Both the position numbers and the translations under genes were made by a program. Positions 1 to 10,173 of a stretch of DNA of 64,000 nucleotides are shown one piece after another. Numbering within the stretch: the first letter of the stretch is position 1; every line of letters starts with the position of its first letter. The notes under the pieces were generated by a model. That model ran no database searches and was not told the origin of the DNA. It was given only the letters and a program-made list of their open reading frames with translations. This DNA comes from a virus, in the IMG/VR virus record IMGVR_UViG_3300045988_126875, one strand, 5' to 3'.

Positions 1-7
1 TAAGTTT

Positions 8-496
8 CTAAGCATTAACTTCATGACCTCCCCTATCTGTGAAAACTAAACCAATACCTTCTACAATATATCCTACTACAGGAGCTTTGTCAAATTCCTC
101 CTTCGTAGCCCAAGTAGCATTATCAGGCATAAGATCCTTGAATGCGTCCGAAACATCACCTTGACACCAGCAATTGTTTGATGTAACAATGCCTTTCCCT
201 TCAATATTGATATACATTTTTCTTCCACCACATCCAAGGCTATTCCATCCTCTTGGCACGTTTTCCACCATAGGCTTAAGCACCCAGCTTTCACCGTCTA
301 TCCTAACCCATCCAGGATCGTCTTTGTGCTTGTCGTACATATTTTGCCAAAAAGAGCATTCGTAGCACCATCCCTTGTCTTCCATGATAGTTCTTATCTC
401 ACACCTTTCAAATCCATCTGCATCCATCGTGTGCGGAGAATGAGGCTGGTGAGGGGTGCCACATTTTGGGCATACGAGTTTTAAATTATTTTCCAT
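8..496 (-). CDS. hypothetical Cys/Trp-rich protein
   Basis: 162-aa ORF with CPKCG motif and many Cys; complete, stop at 8-10. Confidence 0.4.
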   Translation of the reverse strand: MENNLKLVCPKCGTPHQPHSPHTMDADGFERCEIRTIMEDKGWCYECSFWQNMYDKHKDDPGWVRIDGESWVLKPMVENVPRGWNSLGCGGRKMYINIEGKGIVTSNNCWCQGDVSDAFKDLMPDNATWATKEEFDKAPVVGYIVEGIGLVFTDRGGHEVNA

Positions 497-497
497 A

Positions 498-734
498 TTA
501 TTTCACTTTTACGATCTTAATAGAATCTCCGATATTGTATTCCCCTTGGCGTCCAATGAATTTGATGTATTTGGTACCACGAACACATGTAATGCCATTA
601 TCTTCTCCTTTGTATAACACACGCCCATCATTCAAAGGTTCTAAATTATATATAACCCATCCAGTATTAACATTGTCAATATCACATGATGACAATAACA
701 ATATTATCAATAAAATAAAGTACTTCATAATCAC
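498..734 (-). CDS. putative phage lipoprotein (signal peptide + lipobox LLSSC)
   Basis: N-terminal hydrophobic stretch ending LLSSC typical of lipoprotein signal peptidase II site; 78 aa. Confidence 0.5.
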   Translation of the reverse strand: MIMKYFILLIILLLSSCDIDNVNTGWVIYNLEPLNDGRVLYKGEDNGITCVRGTKYIKFIGRQGEYNIGDSIKIVKVK

Positions 735-746
735 ATCCCAATATCA

Positions 747-938
747 TTAACACAAAAATTTATAACCTGGTTTTACCGCTTCCGCTTCTTCTTTTGTATC
801 AAACATTAAGGTAGTAACGGCTCCCATGCCATAACAAATGTAAGATACTTTCACCCACCACCTGAAAATTCCAGATCCGTAATCATCATAGTACGGCTCA
901 GAAAGAACTTCTTCTACATACCCATCCAAATAATTCAC
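747..938 (-). CDS. hypothetical small protein
   Basis: 63-aa ORF, overlaps next gene start by 4 nt (operonic). Confidence 0.3.
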   Translation of the reverse strand: MNYLDGYVEEVLSEPYYDDYGSGIFRWWVKVSYICYGMGAVTTLMFDTKEEAEAVKPGYKFLC

Positions 939-1657
939 GATCGCTCCTCCTTATTTTTAGATTCTGCCTCTTCGAGTATGCTGATCACCTTATCAACAAT
1001 ATCCGAATCAGACATTTTCTCAATAAAAATATCCATTGCCTTAGTTATGTCATTGGCTTCTTTTTCTTCAAGAGCTATTTCTCCACCGGTAATAGCATCA
1101 GATAATGATGTAGATAAGTGTCTTATCTTATCAATGCTCATAAACGTAAATGGATTACCACCTTGACCCCCACCCATTTCTTTCATGATCTGATATCCAC
1201 CTGAGATAAGTCTGCCTGATGTCGTGGCCAAGGAGGATACGATTAGGGACAGTACCGCCGCTTCCGTCCGCTCCTCGGACACACCCTTCGACCACACGGC
1301 TGCCCTTATAGCGCCGGCCAGATCGTCTATGTATGGCATGAGGCAATCTTCCATCGCTTGTGTTATATCAGCTATAACCTCACTACGCTCTTTATTTATG
1401 TAGTAGATAGAAGCATTGTACCTCTTTATCTCCTTATCCATATCATTCAAAAATCGTTTGACATTATGTTTGTACATAGGACCACCCTTAATCACTTCCT
1501 TTAGCTTAAGAATGTAATTATAAGCCTGGTCGTTTACGAACAACGTCATGGTCTCAACCGTTGAATGAAGCGTGTTGAGGCTGTTAAGAATCTTATCGAA
1601 ATTGTTTATCAAATAAGCTTTTCTGGCTTTTGCTGCGTAATTAATCATCGCATTCAA
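935..1657 (-). CDS. hypothetical protein
   Basis: 240-aa ORF in co-directional tightly packed block. Confidence 0.45.
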   Translation of the reverse strand: MNAMINYAAKARKAYLINNFDKILNSLNTLHSTVETMTLFVNDQAYNYILKLKEVIKGGPMYKHNVKRFLNDMDKEIKRYNASIYYINKERSEVIADITQAMEDCLMPYIDDLAGAIRAAVWSKGVSEERTEAAVLSLIVSSLATTSGRLISGGYQIMKEMGGGQGGNPFTFMSIDKIRHLSTSLSDAITGGEIALEEKEANDITKAMDIFIEKMSDSDIVDKVISILEEAESKNKEERS

Positions 1658-1714
1658 ATTTTAGATTTACTTTATGTTTTACAACATGATTAGTATAATA
1701 TTGTATATAACCAC

Positions 1715-2023
1715 CTATGATAATTTTTCTATTTTAATTGATTTTGATGATAGATACATATTCCATGTCCCTCTGCCTCTGTCACCTTTTTCGTTTTGTT
1801 TTTGGATTGTCAAGTACAGATCTCCGTCTTCACATACTTCAACTTTTTTCAAGAAGCCTATCATTTCATCTCCTGCTTCGTGTAAAATACGGATCTTATC
1901 TCCTTCTTTTAATCCATAATTGGAATCAAAATATTCTTTTTTGATTCTATCAATATTGTCTTTATGTTTTTTTATAGCATAAAGCTCTTTTCTTAATAAA
2001 TAATTTAGTTGTTCTATTGTCAT
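1715..2023 (-). CDS. hypothetical protein
   Basis: 102-aa ORF, 4-nt overlap with upstream gene. Confidence 0.4.
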   Translation of the reverse strand: MTIEQLNYLLRKELYAIKKHKDNIDRIKKEYFDSNYGLKEGDKIRILHEAGDEMIGFLKKVEVCEDGDLYLTIQKQNEKGDRGRGTWNMYLSSKSIKIEKLS

Positions 2024-2577
2024 TTCTTTTCCTCCTTATTTAATGGTATTAATCCTTTCCCGTGCTTATCATACCACAGCATAGCTATACAGTTCCATGC
2101 ACATTGTGCAAGATGAAAAGCTCCTGTATCTGAGTCTATTCTTTCCCCTTTCATGTATTCCATTAAGTGCCTGGCAGCCGCAGCACGATACCGTTCAAAC
2201 CCGTTGTCAAGGTTCTGCCATTTATTGGGTCCGTACTTCTTTGCACCAGCATGATAGACTCTTACAATATCCTCAATCTCTTCCATTGGAAGCAAATCCC
2301 ATCGTAGTTTGTCGTCAATGATGTCATTTTTCACCGATTTGTTTTCTATGGGGTCTTTGGTAAGAATAATATCCATAATATCCGTTTCTATGACGAACGT
2401 CTCCCCATTGCAACAAACCTCAGCATATTTATCATTTACTTCTATGTCTGATACTGCCTCCGCTATAGCTCCTTTGACGATTTTAAATTCGGCACTGATT
2501 ATATCATCTTTTAATATGCGAAAAATAGATCCTTTTGGATAAAGGATATTTTTAGTATTATCATCCATCTTTTCCAT
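2020..2577 (-). CDS. hypothetical protein (conserved phage protein, possible nucleotide-binding)
   Basis: 185-aa ORF; motifs HAGAKKYG...RYRAAAARH...HLAQCAWN suggest an all-alpha nucleotide hydrolase-like fold; not confidently recognised. Confidence 0.4.
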   Translation of the reverse strand: MEKMDDNTKNILYPKGSIFRILKDDIISAEFKIVKGAIAEAVSDIEVNDKYAEVCCNGETFVIETDIMDIILTKDPIENKSVKNDIIDDKLRWDLLPMEEIEDIVRVYHAGAKKYGPNKWQNLDNGFERYRAAAARHLMEYMKGERIDSDTGAFHLAQCAWNCIAMLWYDKHGKGLIPLNKEEKK

Positions 2578-2629
2578 TGCTTTATCGTTGTTTTACCTCA
2601 TTTCGATAGTAATATAATCCATCTTCGTC

Positions 2630-2917
2630 TTATACCCTATCATTTCTGTTTTTCTCAAAATACTGTCTTACGGCTTCAATCGCCTTATCGTCATCAAAAG
2701 CCTCTACAAACCCCTCATAGAATCTATTTCGCTCCATAGAGAACGTATTGCTTCCATCCGGAATGGTTCTGAACACAACTACCTTCTCTCCATCTACGTT
2801 CGTTCCTATGATGTTGTTATGGAGAATAATAGAATACCGCCCAGAGTTTTTGTTCTGGACGACACTATGTTCGAGATTGTAGAGTCTAAGTAGTTCTCTT
2901 ATTTCTTTTACTCCCAT
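2630..2917 (-). CDS. hypothetical protein
   Basis: 95-aa ORF. Confidence 0.4.
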   Translation of the reverse strand: MGVKEIRELLRLYNLEHSVVQNKNSGRYSIILHNNIIGTNVDGEKVVVFRTIPDGSNTFSMERNRFYEGFVEAFDDDKAIEAVRQYFEKNRNDRV

Positions 2918-2918
2918 A

Positions 2919-3686
2919 TTATTTTACGTTTTTAGAAGTTACAGCCTCTTCTCCCCATTTCTTTACATATATAGATCTCATCATGTTCATTAAATTAGAG
3001 AAAGAAGAGATGGTTCCCATCTCTATGCAGAATGCAAGATTAGACTGTAGGGTTTCAAGTTCTTTCAACTGCTCCTGTGTAGCCCTATTTCTTATCATGC
3101 TTTCATGCTCATTAAATACAATCCAATTTAAGCCTTTAGCCATCTTGGAGTAATCGGCATCCGGAAATCTTGATATAGCTCTTGACAAGACATTGTATTT
3201 ATCACCTGCCTCTATTCGGTTTAAGATAAGCTTATCTGTTAACCACGTAACAACCTCAGCATACAACATAGGGTTTAGTTCCATAGCTACAAGCACCCAT
3301 ATATATGGATTACACATAGTTCTCCTATTCTCTCCTCTACCCATAGTTTTATAAGCTCCCATCTTTTTCATCACTTTTATAAGTGATTCTTTTTCAACAG
3401 ATTGGATAAAACCAGGAAATCCTGCTTCTATCGTATATCCCTGTTTTTCAAGGATATAGTATATTCGTTCAGCACTTTCTTTATTGGACAGAATGTTCTC
3501 TATTCTCTTTTCATTCCATCCCATTTCTATCCTTTTTCTCGTATAAGCCTCTTGTAGGTCTGTTAAGGACATAAATGATGTTTTGGTGTCTTGTTTAATT
3601 ATAACACCAAACAGTTCCCGATCTTTCGATACCATTGTAACATTTGTTTTCATGAAATGTAACACTAAAAAAATATCATGATGCAA
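2919..3686 (-). CDS. hypothetical protein, possibly KilA-N/Bro-N-like DNA-binding
   Basis: 255 aa; N-terminal segment ELFGVIIKQDTKTSFMSLTDLQEAY loosely resembles KilA-N; weak. Confidence 0.35.
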   Translation of the reverse strand: MHHDIFLVLHFMKTNVTMVSKDRELFGVIIKQDTKTSFMSLTDLQEAYTRKRIEMGWNEKRIENILSNKESAERIYYILEKQGYTIEAGFPGFIQSVEKESLIKVMKKMGAYKTMGRGENRRTMCNPYIWVLVAMELNPMLYAEVVTWLTDKLILNRIEAGDKYNVLSRAISRFPDADYSKMAKGLNWIVFNEHESMIRNRATQEQLKELETLQSNLAFCIEMGTISSFSNLMNMMRSIYVKKWGEEAVTSKNVK

Positions 3687-3754
3687 ATATATACATCATG
3701 ATACATCAATAAAAAATTATAGTGTTAAATTTCACTTATAGTGTTTTTATGGAC

Positions 3755-4111
3755 TCACATTATTCCTACCAAATTTACTTTTATAGAACCATTTATGGTT
3801 TTAATGCTCCCATCTATGGTCGAAATCACATCATCTATATCATTTATAATACTTTCCATGTCATCAACCACCTCCTCCATATCAGTTACAGCCTGATCTG
3901 ATTCCCAATATCTTTCTGAGTCTTGTAACGATTCCGGTATATTATCTCTCGCCTCAGTCTCTTCGTCTAAAATCATATCAACATCATCTTTGGCTGAATT
4001 TATGTTGTGCTTCAACTCCGACAACTTTGATTTGATGTATTCAAAATCTGTTTTATACTTATTTACATTGTTAATAACATCCGATATTTTTTTTCTTCTC
4101 TTGTTGTTCAT
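3755..4111 (-). CDS. hypothetical acidic protein
   Basis: 118 aa, D/E-rich; 4-nt overlap with helicase gene. Confidence 0.4.
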   Translation of the reverse strand: MNNKRRKKISDVINNVNKYKTDFEYIKSKLSELKHNINSAKDDVDMILDEETEARDNIPESLQDSERYWESDQAVTDMEEVVDDMESIINDIDDVISTIDGSIKTINGSIKVNLVGIM

Positions 4112-5529
4112 GCTTTTATCCTATTATAATATTCTATAACCTTTTCTTTTCTATCTCCTGGTTTTACTGCCATATTCTCAGCCAAGAACCTAAAATACGA
4201 CACCGGTATGTCCTTGAATCTAATTCCTTCATATTTTCCAAACCACATTATTATACTATCAAGATCGTCTTCTCTCCTACCATCTCCATTCACAGATTTA
4301 AGCGAGGCTGCCCGACGAAGGATCTCGTCTTTGGTAATAATATCACCCATCCTTATATTAGACAGAAGTTGATCGCCGGCAAACATACACCAGCCCTTAG
4401 AAGGGAATTGCTCGATTGTCAGGTCTTCTATCCGACCAAAGCGTCTCATATTGTCGCAGCAATCAACTATCAGCGCCTCTTTCTTGTCAGGATGGATGCG
4501 GACGGCGCGGCCTAATATTTGGTAATAAGTTGAATATGAGAAAGTTGGTCGACCAAACATCACACAATTAAGTTCAGGAAAATCAAATCCGGTAGCAAGC
4601 GTTGAATAATTAAAAACCACCTTCAACTTACCTTCTTTGAAATCGGATATGATTTGCTCTCTTTTCTTTTTGGTTGTTAGCGATGTTACGACACCGGTTA
4701 TGGCTCCCATCCTGGCATTCATGAACTCTGATATTCTATTACATGATTCGATAGAATCCATGCAAACCAAAATGGCTTTACGCTCGTTCATAAGCTGAAG
4801 AAGACGCTTATAGATAGAGTTGTTTAAGCCGTTTCGTACAATACTTTCTTTAATAGATTCGTTGGTGTATTCGGCTCCGGTACTGTTTAACATCAGAGCC
4901 GATTCATCAAACGACCATCGTTCGTACTTAAGTGGACACCAAAAACCTTGAGAAGTTAGCTCTTGTATTTGTATTACATGAACTATTTTCTTGAAGAAGT
5001 TATGTTCGTCTTTCGTCAGCATATTAAGTTTGCTGTAGTTTCCTTCCAGCATGGAATTGTAGGCCCTGAGTCGGCAGGGAGTGGCGGTGAAGCCCAGCAC
5101 CTTCGCCTCTGGGAACCTGTTCATAAACTCCATAAATTCAGAACCTTCTTCAGGAGAATATCCTGAATGACATTCGTCTATCAATAAGGTATCTATCCCT
5201 ATATCCTTCAACCTCACCACATCTTTCTTTATGCTCTTTAATGTTGCATAAGTCATAGCCGACAGTTCCTTTATACCACATGAAGCAGAATATATGGTAG
5301 GTTTAGCTCCAAATGATACGGCCTTTGCATAATTCTGTTCCAGAATCTCTTTTGATGGCTGCAATACTAACGTCGGTCTATTTATCTCATGCGCTATCTT
5401 GGATATCAGAAGGCTCTTACCTGCTCCGCATGGGGCCACTATTATGCCAGGCTTCTTAGATTTTCCTGTAAGAAACTTAAGCCCGGCATCTACTGCCTCT
5501 TTTTGGTAAGGTCTAAGTTCAAAGCCCAT
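4108..5529 (-). CDS. SF2 DEAD/DEAH-box helicase
   Basis: Motifs RPYQ (Q-motif), APCGAGKS (Walker A), LIDECH (DEAH), FTATP (motif III), later QILGRAVR (motif VI). Confidence 0.75.
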   Translation of the reverse strand: MGFELRPYQKEAVDAGLKFLTGKSKKPGIIVAPCGAGKSLLISKIAHEINRPTLVLQPSKEILEQNYAKAVSFGAKPTIYSASCGIKELSAMTYATLKSIKKDVVRLKDIGIDTLLIDECHSGYSPEEGSEFMEFMNRFPEAKVLGFTATPCRLRAYNSMLEGNYSKLNMLTKDEHNFFKKIVHVIQIQELTSQGFWCPLKYERWSFDESALMLNSTGAEYTNESIKESIVRNGLNNSIYKRLLQLMNERKAILVCMDSIESCNRISEFMNARMGAITGVVTSLTTKKKREQIISDFKEGKLKVVFNYSTLATGFDFPELNCVMFGRPTFSYSTYYQILGRAVRIHPDKKEALIVDCCDNMRRFGRIEDLTIEQFPSKGWCMFAGDQLLSNIRMGDIITKDEILRRAASLKSVNGDGRREDDLDSIIMWFGKYEGIRFKDIPVSYFRFLAENMAVKPGDRKEKVIEYYNRIKA

Positions 5530-5896
5530 CGCAATCTATTTTACTGTTTTTTGAAAGTTCTATTATCGCCTCTTTCAACATTTCCCTTGCTTTATTCTCA
5601 TTATCTTCGAGCAAGCATACACTGCACGATATGCCCATACGATCTCCATAAGCCTCGGCATTACCTAATGTGAATGCGCAGCAGTAATCATAATCCATGT
5701 TTTTTGCTACGGCAATAAACTGATTATCTTCTATCAGTACAGCATATTCAGCATCAGTTTCACACATGATAATGGCTTTATCTTTTTTTATAGACAATAC
5801 CTTGTTTCTGAAAAGTCCGTTATAAATCCATAGTTCCTTTCCTGCATTTTTATAAAACGCAACCATATCTTCCTTGATTGTAACTTCTTTTTTCAT
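5519..5896 (-). CDS. hypothetical protein
   Basis: 125-aa ORF overlapping helicase start. Confidence 0.4.
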   Translation of the reverse strand: MKKEVTIKEDMVAFYKNAGKELWIYNGLFRNKVLSIKKDKAIIMCETDAEYAVLIEDNQFIAVAKNMDYDYCCAFTLGNAEAYGDRMGISCSVCLLEDNENKAREMLKEAIIELSKNSKIDCDGL

Positions 5897-5899
5897 GAC

Positions 5900-6220
5900 T
5901 TACTTGTGTTTAACATCAGTAATTAAAACATATCTTTTAACAATATCTTCAAGCTCCATAGAAAATAATAAAGTTGGGCTTTTTCCGTACTCGTACAGAG
6001 CGAACCCTTCCTTTATGTCTAATATCTTAATCACATGCTTGCCTCTTTCAAATGGATCCATGAAGTAGCCTTCGTATTCGTATCTTTGACCGACTTTTAT
6101 TTTGTCGGTCTTCTTCTTCATCTTATACCGATCTATTGCCATGCTTATTTTTATAAGAATCGTTACAAACAAGTATAATAATAAAAAGGCCGCTGCTCCT
6201 GCTATCAATACTTCTTTCAT
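5900..6220 (-). CDS. hypothetical membrane-anchored protein
   Basis: 106 aa with N-terminal hydrophobic helix (AGAAAFLLLYLFVTILI). Confidence 0.4.
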   Translation of the reverse strand: MKEVLIAGAAAFLLLYLFVTILIKISMAIDRYKMKKKTDKIKVGQRYEYEGYFMDPFERGKHVIKILDIKEGFALYEYGKSPTLLFSMELEDIVKRYVLITDVKHK

Positions 6221-6386
6221 TGCACCTCTTTTAAGTAGTTAAACCATATATCTTCCAGTCTTTCTTGAAGCTCAAATGCTTTCTTGAAATTCCCGCATCT
6301 TACAGCAATGTCTCTCATGTATTCTACGTTTATGACTTCCGGATCTTGCCGGTATTTTGTTCTTAACTTTTGAACGTCCTCGTATT

Positions 6387-7406
6387 TCATCGATTTATCT
6401 TTTTAGACGGATCCCAATCCGAAGAGAAAGGGCATTCGTTTTTGTTATGTAATCCAAAGTCACAATAATAACACAGTGCCGACGGGCAGGGCAGCTTGTT
6501 TTGCGGAACAGGCTGGCTTAGGGTGGCACGCCGCTTGCTATATCTGGCTCCTTCTGCTCCCTGGATGTACGCTTGAAATGATTTTACACTATTATCTTCA
6601 AAATCATACATTTTAGACAAAGTGTCATTTAGCATCTCTATAGATTTTGTTTTACGTTCCTCATCTACCTTAACCTTTTGGTACTGCCTGGTCCTGGTAA
6701 AGAAATAGATGTTCATATCTGGTAGAACCCCACCATATCTTCTATAGATGTAAAATGAATATATAGGATGCTGTAAATTTGTTTCCAACTTCTTAGAATC
6801 AAAAACCTTATTACCTGATTTCCAATCTATGACATAATGGTGAACTACGTTCTTGCTTTTTATAGCCAAATGAAGATCCACCGATCCTACTATGTACACA
6901 TGAGTATGAACGTCACCATTTATATCAACAGGCTTAGGAAGACGGTATGGTAGCACAAAATCTTCTTCGACTCCAACTATAGCACCGTGTCTGATAAGTT
7001 TCTCACAGGGATTAAGATCACTATCAGCTATCATAAACCTATTCCCGTCTTTTTTAAATAGATCTACAATCCAGGCAAGAAGCTCCCCGGATTGCTTCAT
7101 GGCTATCATCATATTTTCCGGTGATTGCCAAGGTATGTCTTCTTGGTAAGCATAGTAACTTATAGCTTCCCCCAGGTCTTTTCCAGAAGGCTGTCTTCCG
7201 TTCTTAAAGAAGTATTCCAGTGTCTTATGGATAACCGTACCATAAGACGTAGCTTCTTGTTTTTCCGTAGACCTTTTGCCCTCTACGTAAGTCTTATACC
7301 ATTTCATTGGACAAGTAAGAAACGTGTCTATCTGGGAATAAGATATGGCAAGACGTTTCACGCCATTAAACTCCTTATATAGCAAATGCGTTTCCGGGAC
7401 CATCAT
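6387..7406 (-). CDS. PD-(D/E)XK nuclease, RecB/Cas4-like with Fe-S cysteine cluster
   Basis: N-terminal Cys (CPMKWY), motifs GSVDLH and VIDWKSG (RecB motif III-like), C-terminal CPSALCYYC...C cluster. Confidence 0.6.
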   Translation of the reverse strand: MMVPETHLLYKEFNGVKRLAISYSQIDTFLTCPMKWYKTYVEGKRSTEKQEATSYGTVIHKTLEYFFKNGRQPSGKDLGEAISYYAYQEDIPWQSPENMMIAMKQSGELLAWIVDLFKKDGNRFMIADSDLNPCEKLIRHGAIVGVEEDFVLPYRLPKPVDINGDVHTHVYIVGSVDLHLAIKSKNVVHHYVIDWKSGNKVFDSKKLETNLQHPIYSFYIYRRYGGVLPDMNIYFFTRTRQYQKVKVDEERKTKSIEMLNDTLSKMYDFEDNSVKSFQAYIQGAEGARYSKRRATLSQPVPQNKLPCPSALCYYCDFGLHNKNECPFSSDWDPSKKINR

Positions 7407-7762
7407 AAGTCATTGTCTTTAAACCCTTCTGGGTAATATACGACATACTTTTTACCGTCTTCTGGTGTCATGGCGAACTGCATGTAGTTATTACGATTAC
7501 GATGCTTGCCATCCAATCCTCGTTTCCAATACAGGATACCGCCTATATCCACATAAGACCGTCCGCGTTCGGCTCTAACCACGTCCGTGTGTAGCAGATA
7601 CCCGTCGGAAGACACGATCCACGCTTTATCCCCTTTGTTTAAATAAGATATTCTTTTTCTTACAACAACCTTTTTCTTATTATCCAATACAAATTCCTCA
7701 TCCGTCATATTCTTCATCCTCCTCTTCTTCTGTTTCAAAATCAACTCCATAACACTGATCAT
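7403..7762 (-). CDS. hypothetical protein
   Basis: 119 aa. Confidence 0.4.
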   Translation of the reverse strand: MISVMELILKQKKRRMKNMTDEEFVLDNKKKVVVRKRISYLNKGDKAWIVSSDGYLLHTDVVRAERGRSYVDIGGILYWKRGLDGKHRNRNNYMQFAMTPEDGKKYVVYYPEGFKDNDL

Positions 7763-7807
7763 AATGTCCGGTCAGTTCTTCTGGTTCTAAATCTTGTCCA
7801 AAATCCA

Positions 7808-7850
7808 TATTAAAAATATATTAATACATATTAAAAATATATTAATCAAT
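7808..7850. repeat. 21-bp direct repeat x2 (atattaaaaatatattaatMa) in promoter-proximal AT-rich spacer
   Basis: Direct repeat read in sequence between flotillin stop and next gene start. Confidence 0.5.
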
Positions 7851-7946
7851 AAAGCACTAAAAATCACTATTCCTGCTGGCATGAAATCTATAAATGCTGC
7901 TTTTGCTTCTTCAATTAGGCTCAAGTGTAACCTTGGGCCATTGTAT

Positions 7947-9647
7947 TTATTTTTTGTCATCTCCTTTTAACTTCTTTAAAGTATCTGCAATCGGAAGCTG
8001 ATCAATGACTCCCAATGCCGGAGCGACGGTCTTAACAACATTGTTAAGAAAATTACCGGTACTGTTCTGACCGCCGTCAAATACCGTGATATTTCCGAGG
8101 TTAATGTGCTCGAACGCCTTAACCTGTTCTCCAGCAATTTCTTTCCACTGATTAACCATCTTGTACTGGATGGCTATCTGAGGATTGGATTCTGCTGCTT
8201 CCACCATAGCCTTAAATCCGTCGGCTTCTGCCATCAACGACTTTTTCTTACCTTCGGCTTCTGCCTCCAGCTTCATCTGAATAGCTTTTGCTTCCGCTTC
8301 TGCTTTTGCCAAATGTGCTGCTGCTTCGGCATCAGCCCGACGTTTGATCTTCTCAGCTTCAGCATCAGCTTGCAACATAGCCTCCTGCTTCTGAATTTCA
8401 GCCGGCACAATCTTTTCAGCTTTAAGCGCAGCTTGAACCTTCTTAGCTTTAGCTTCTTCCACTTCTTTATCAGCAAGCTCTTTTGCCGTTTTCACAGCCG
8501 CTTCCGATTTAACTCTCTCTTCTCCGGCTTTCTTTTCTGATTGAGCTTTGATAACCTGTAGCTCTGATTCTGATACAGCAACCTCTTTCTGGGCATTGTT
8601 ATAACCCACAGATGCGTTTTTCTCAGCTTCAGCTTTCTTGATCTGAGCTTCGGAATCTTGGATTGCTATAGCTGCCTGTTTATCAGCTTCAGCTTTATTC
8701 TTCCCGACTTCTTCCATTCTTTCGGCTTCAGCTTTGTTTACTTCAAGTTCTGCCTTAGATTTTGCGATCGCTGATTCCTTATCAGCCAAAGTCTTTGCAA
8801 TAACCGCAGCCCTATCTCTATCGGCTTGAGCTACACCGATCTGTTTTTCTTTATCGGTTAAAGCCAAAGCTACTTCTTTTTCTTTCTTTGTTTCAGCTAC
8901 TACCGTTTCCTTTTCTTTTTCAGTATAGGCAATTTGAATCTCTTGCTCTTTTTGGGTATTAGCTACAGCCGTTTCTTTTTCCTTTTGCTGTACAGCAATC
9001 TTAATAGCACCCAGCTTTTCCTGTTCTTCGATATTAGCCTGTGCTTCGTTCAGGGCCTTACTTTCAGCTTCTTTGCCAAGATTCATGATATAGCCGGCTT
9101 CGTCTCTGATGTCACTGATGTTGATATTTAGGAGGTAAAGACCTAACTTATTAAGTTCGTTATCAATGTTTTTTCTTGCCTTATCCAAAAACTCATCCCT
9201 GTCAGAATTAAGTTTTTCAATCGTCATTTCAGCAATGATCAAACGCATTTGGCCATAAACAATATCCGTAATAAGATTTTCAGTAGATTCAGTATCCATC
9301 CCCAAAAGCCTTTCTGCTGCATTCTGCATAATTTCAGGATTTGTGCTGATTGCTACTGTAATAGTAGTAGGTACATCCACTCTGATATTTTGAGACGACA
9401 AAGCACCGGTGAGCCTACAATCTATTTGCATAGGCTCCATAGACAAAATATCATAGCTTTGAATAATAGGCAAGACGAATGCCGCTCCACCATGATATAA
9501 TTTCGCCGATTTCTTTTCCCCACCCGTCTTACCATAAACGACCAAGACTTGATTAGGCTTACATCTACGATACCTTGATAAGACTCCGATGATTGTCAAA
9601 ATAATCACTACAGCTAAAATAGCTGACACGTACATGATTGTTGTCAT
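7947..9647 (-). CDS. flotillin / SPFH (band-7) domain membrane protein
   Basis: N-terminal TM helix, SPFH-like core, long Ala/Glu/Lys-rich coiled-coil (EA-repeat) region typical of flotillins. Confidence 0.7.
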   Translation of the reverse strand: MTTIMYVSAILAVVIILTIIGVLSRYRRCKPNQVLVVYGKTGGEKKSAKLYHGGAAFVLPIIQSYDILSMEPMQIDCRLTGALSSQNIRVDVPTTITVAISTNPEIMQNAAERLLGMDTESTENLITDIVYGQMRLIIAEMTIEKLNSDRDEFLDKARKNIDNELNKLGLYLLNINISDIRDEAGYIMNLGKEAESKALNEAQANIEEQEKLGAIKIAVQQKEKETAVANTQKEQEIQIAYTEKEKETVVAETKKEKEVALALTDKEKQIGVAQADRDRAAVIAKTLADKESAIAKSKAELEVNKAEAERMEEVGKNKAEADKQAAIAIQDSEAQIKKAEAEKNASVGYNNAQKEVAVSESELQVIKAQSEKKAGEERVKSEAAVKTAKELADKEVEEAKAKKVQAALKAEKIVPAEIQKQEAMLQADAEAEKIKRRADAEAAAHLAKAEAEAKAIQMKLEAEAEGKKKSLMAEADGFKAMVEAAESNPQIAIQYKMVNQWKEIAGEQVKAFEHINLGNITVFDGGQNSTGNFLNNVVKTVAPALGVIDQLPIADTLKKLKGDDKK

Positions 9648-9678
9648 AACTTTTAAAATTTAATTGTTGATAAAAAAA

Positions 9679-10173
9679 TTAGATACTTAATTCTCCTTCT
9701 TCGTATTTTATATTCACCTTGTCACCGTTTTTGTAATTTTTTCCAGACAAGCACCTCACTCTCATCTGTTCCTGTCTTCCATTTTTCGAAATATTTACCA
9801 TATAATGATTCTTCCCTGATCTAAATACTATCTCCACTTCTCTGCCATTTAAATCTTCCGGACATTCGTACACCATTTCTTGCTTTAACTTAAGAAGTAA
9901 CTTATATACGTAAAACAAAACGATAAAGAAAAACGACCCTATTACGACCCCTATTAAATGGGAACCCGAAAAGTATGTGGTCCAGCTATATCCAAGAATA
10001 AAATGTGTTATGCCTTTGAATGATATGATGTCCGACAAAGACATGCTTAAATCAGAAGCGTTATCAATGTCAATATCCGTATCCAGATCAGATCCTAATA
10101 TCGACAATAAAAACTGTATAACAAAAGCAAATGACGCTATTAAAGCCATGCATAAAATTATATCATTTCCCAT
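9679..10173 (-). CDS. NfeD-like membrane protein (flotillin partner)
   Basis: Multiple N-terminal TM helices plus C-terminal small beta-barrel-like soluble domain; directly upstream of flotillin gene, as in bacterial nfeD-flotillin operons. Confidence 0.55.
   Translation of the reverse strand: MGNDIILCMALIASFAFVIQFLLSILGSDLDTDIDIDNASDLSMSLSDIISFKGITHFILGYSWTTYFSGSHLIGVVIGSFFFIVLFYVYKLLLKLKQEMVYECPEDLNGREVEIVFRSGKNHYMVNISKNGRQEQMRVRCLSGKNYKNGDKVNIKYEEGELSI

Noticed and set aside
8106-8540. 144-aa plus-strand ORF antisense to flotillin gene
   Set aside because: Low-complexity F/L/C-rich translation of the antisense of the coiled-coil EA repeats; typical shadow ORF.
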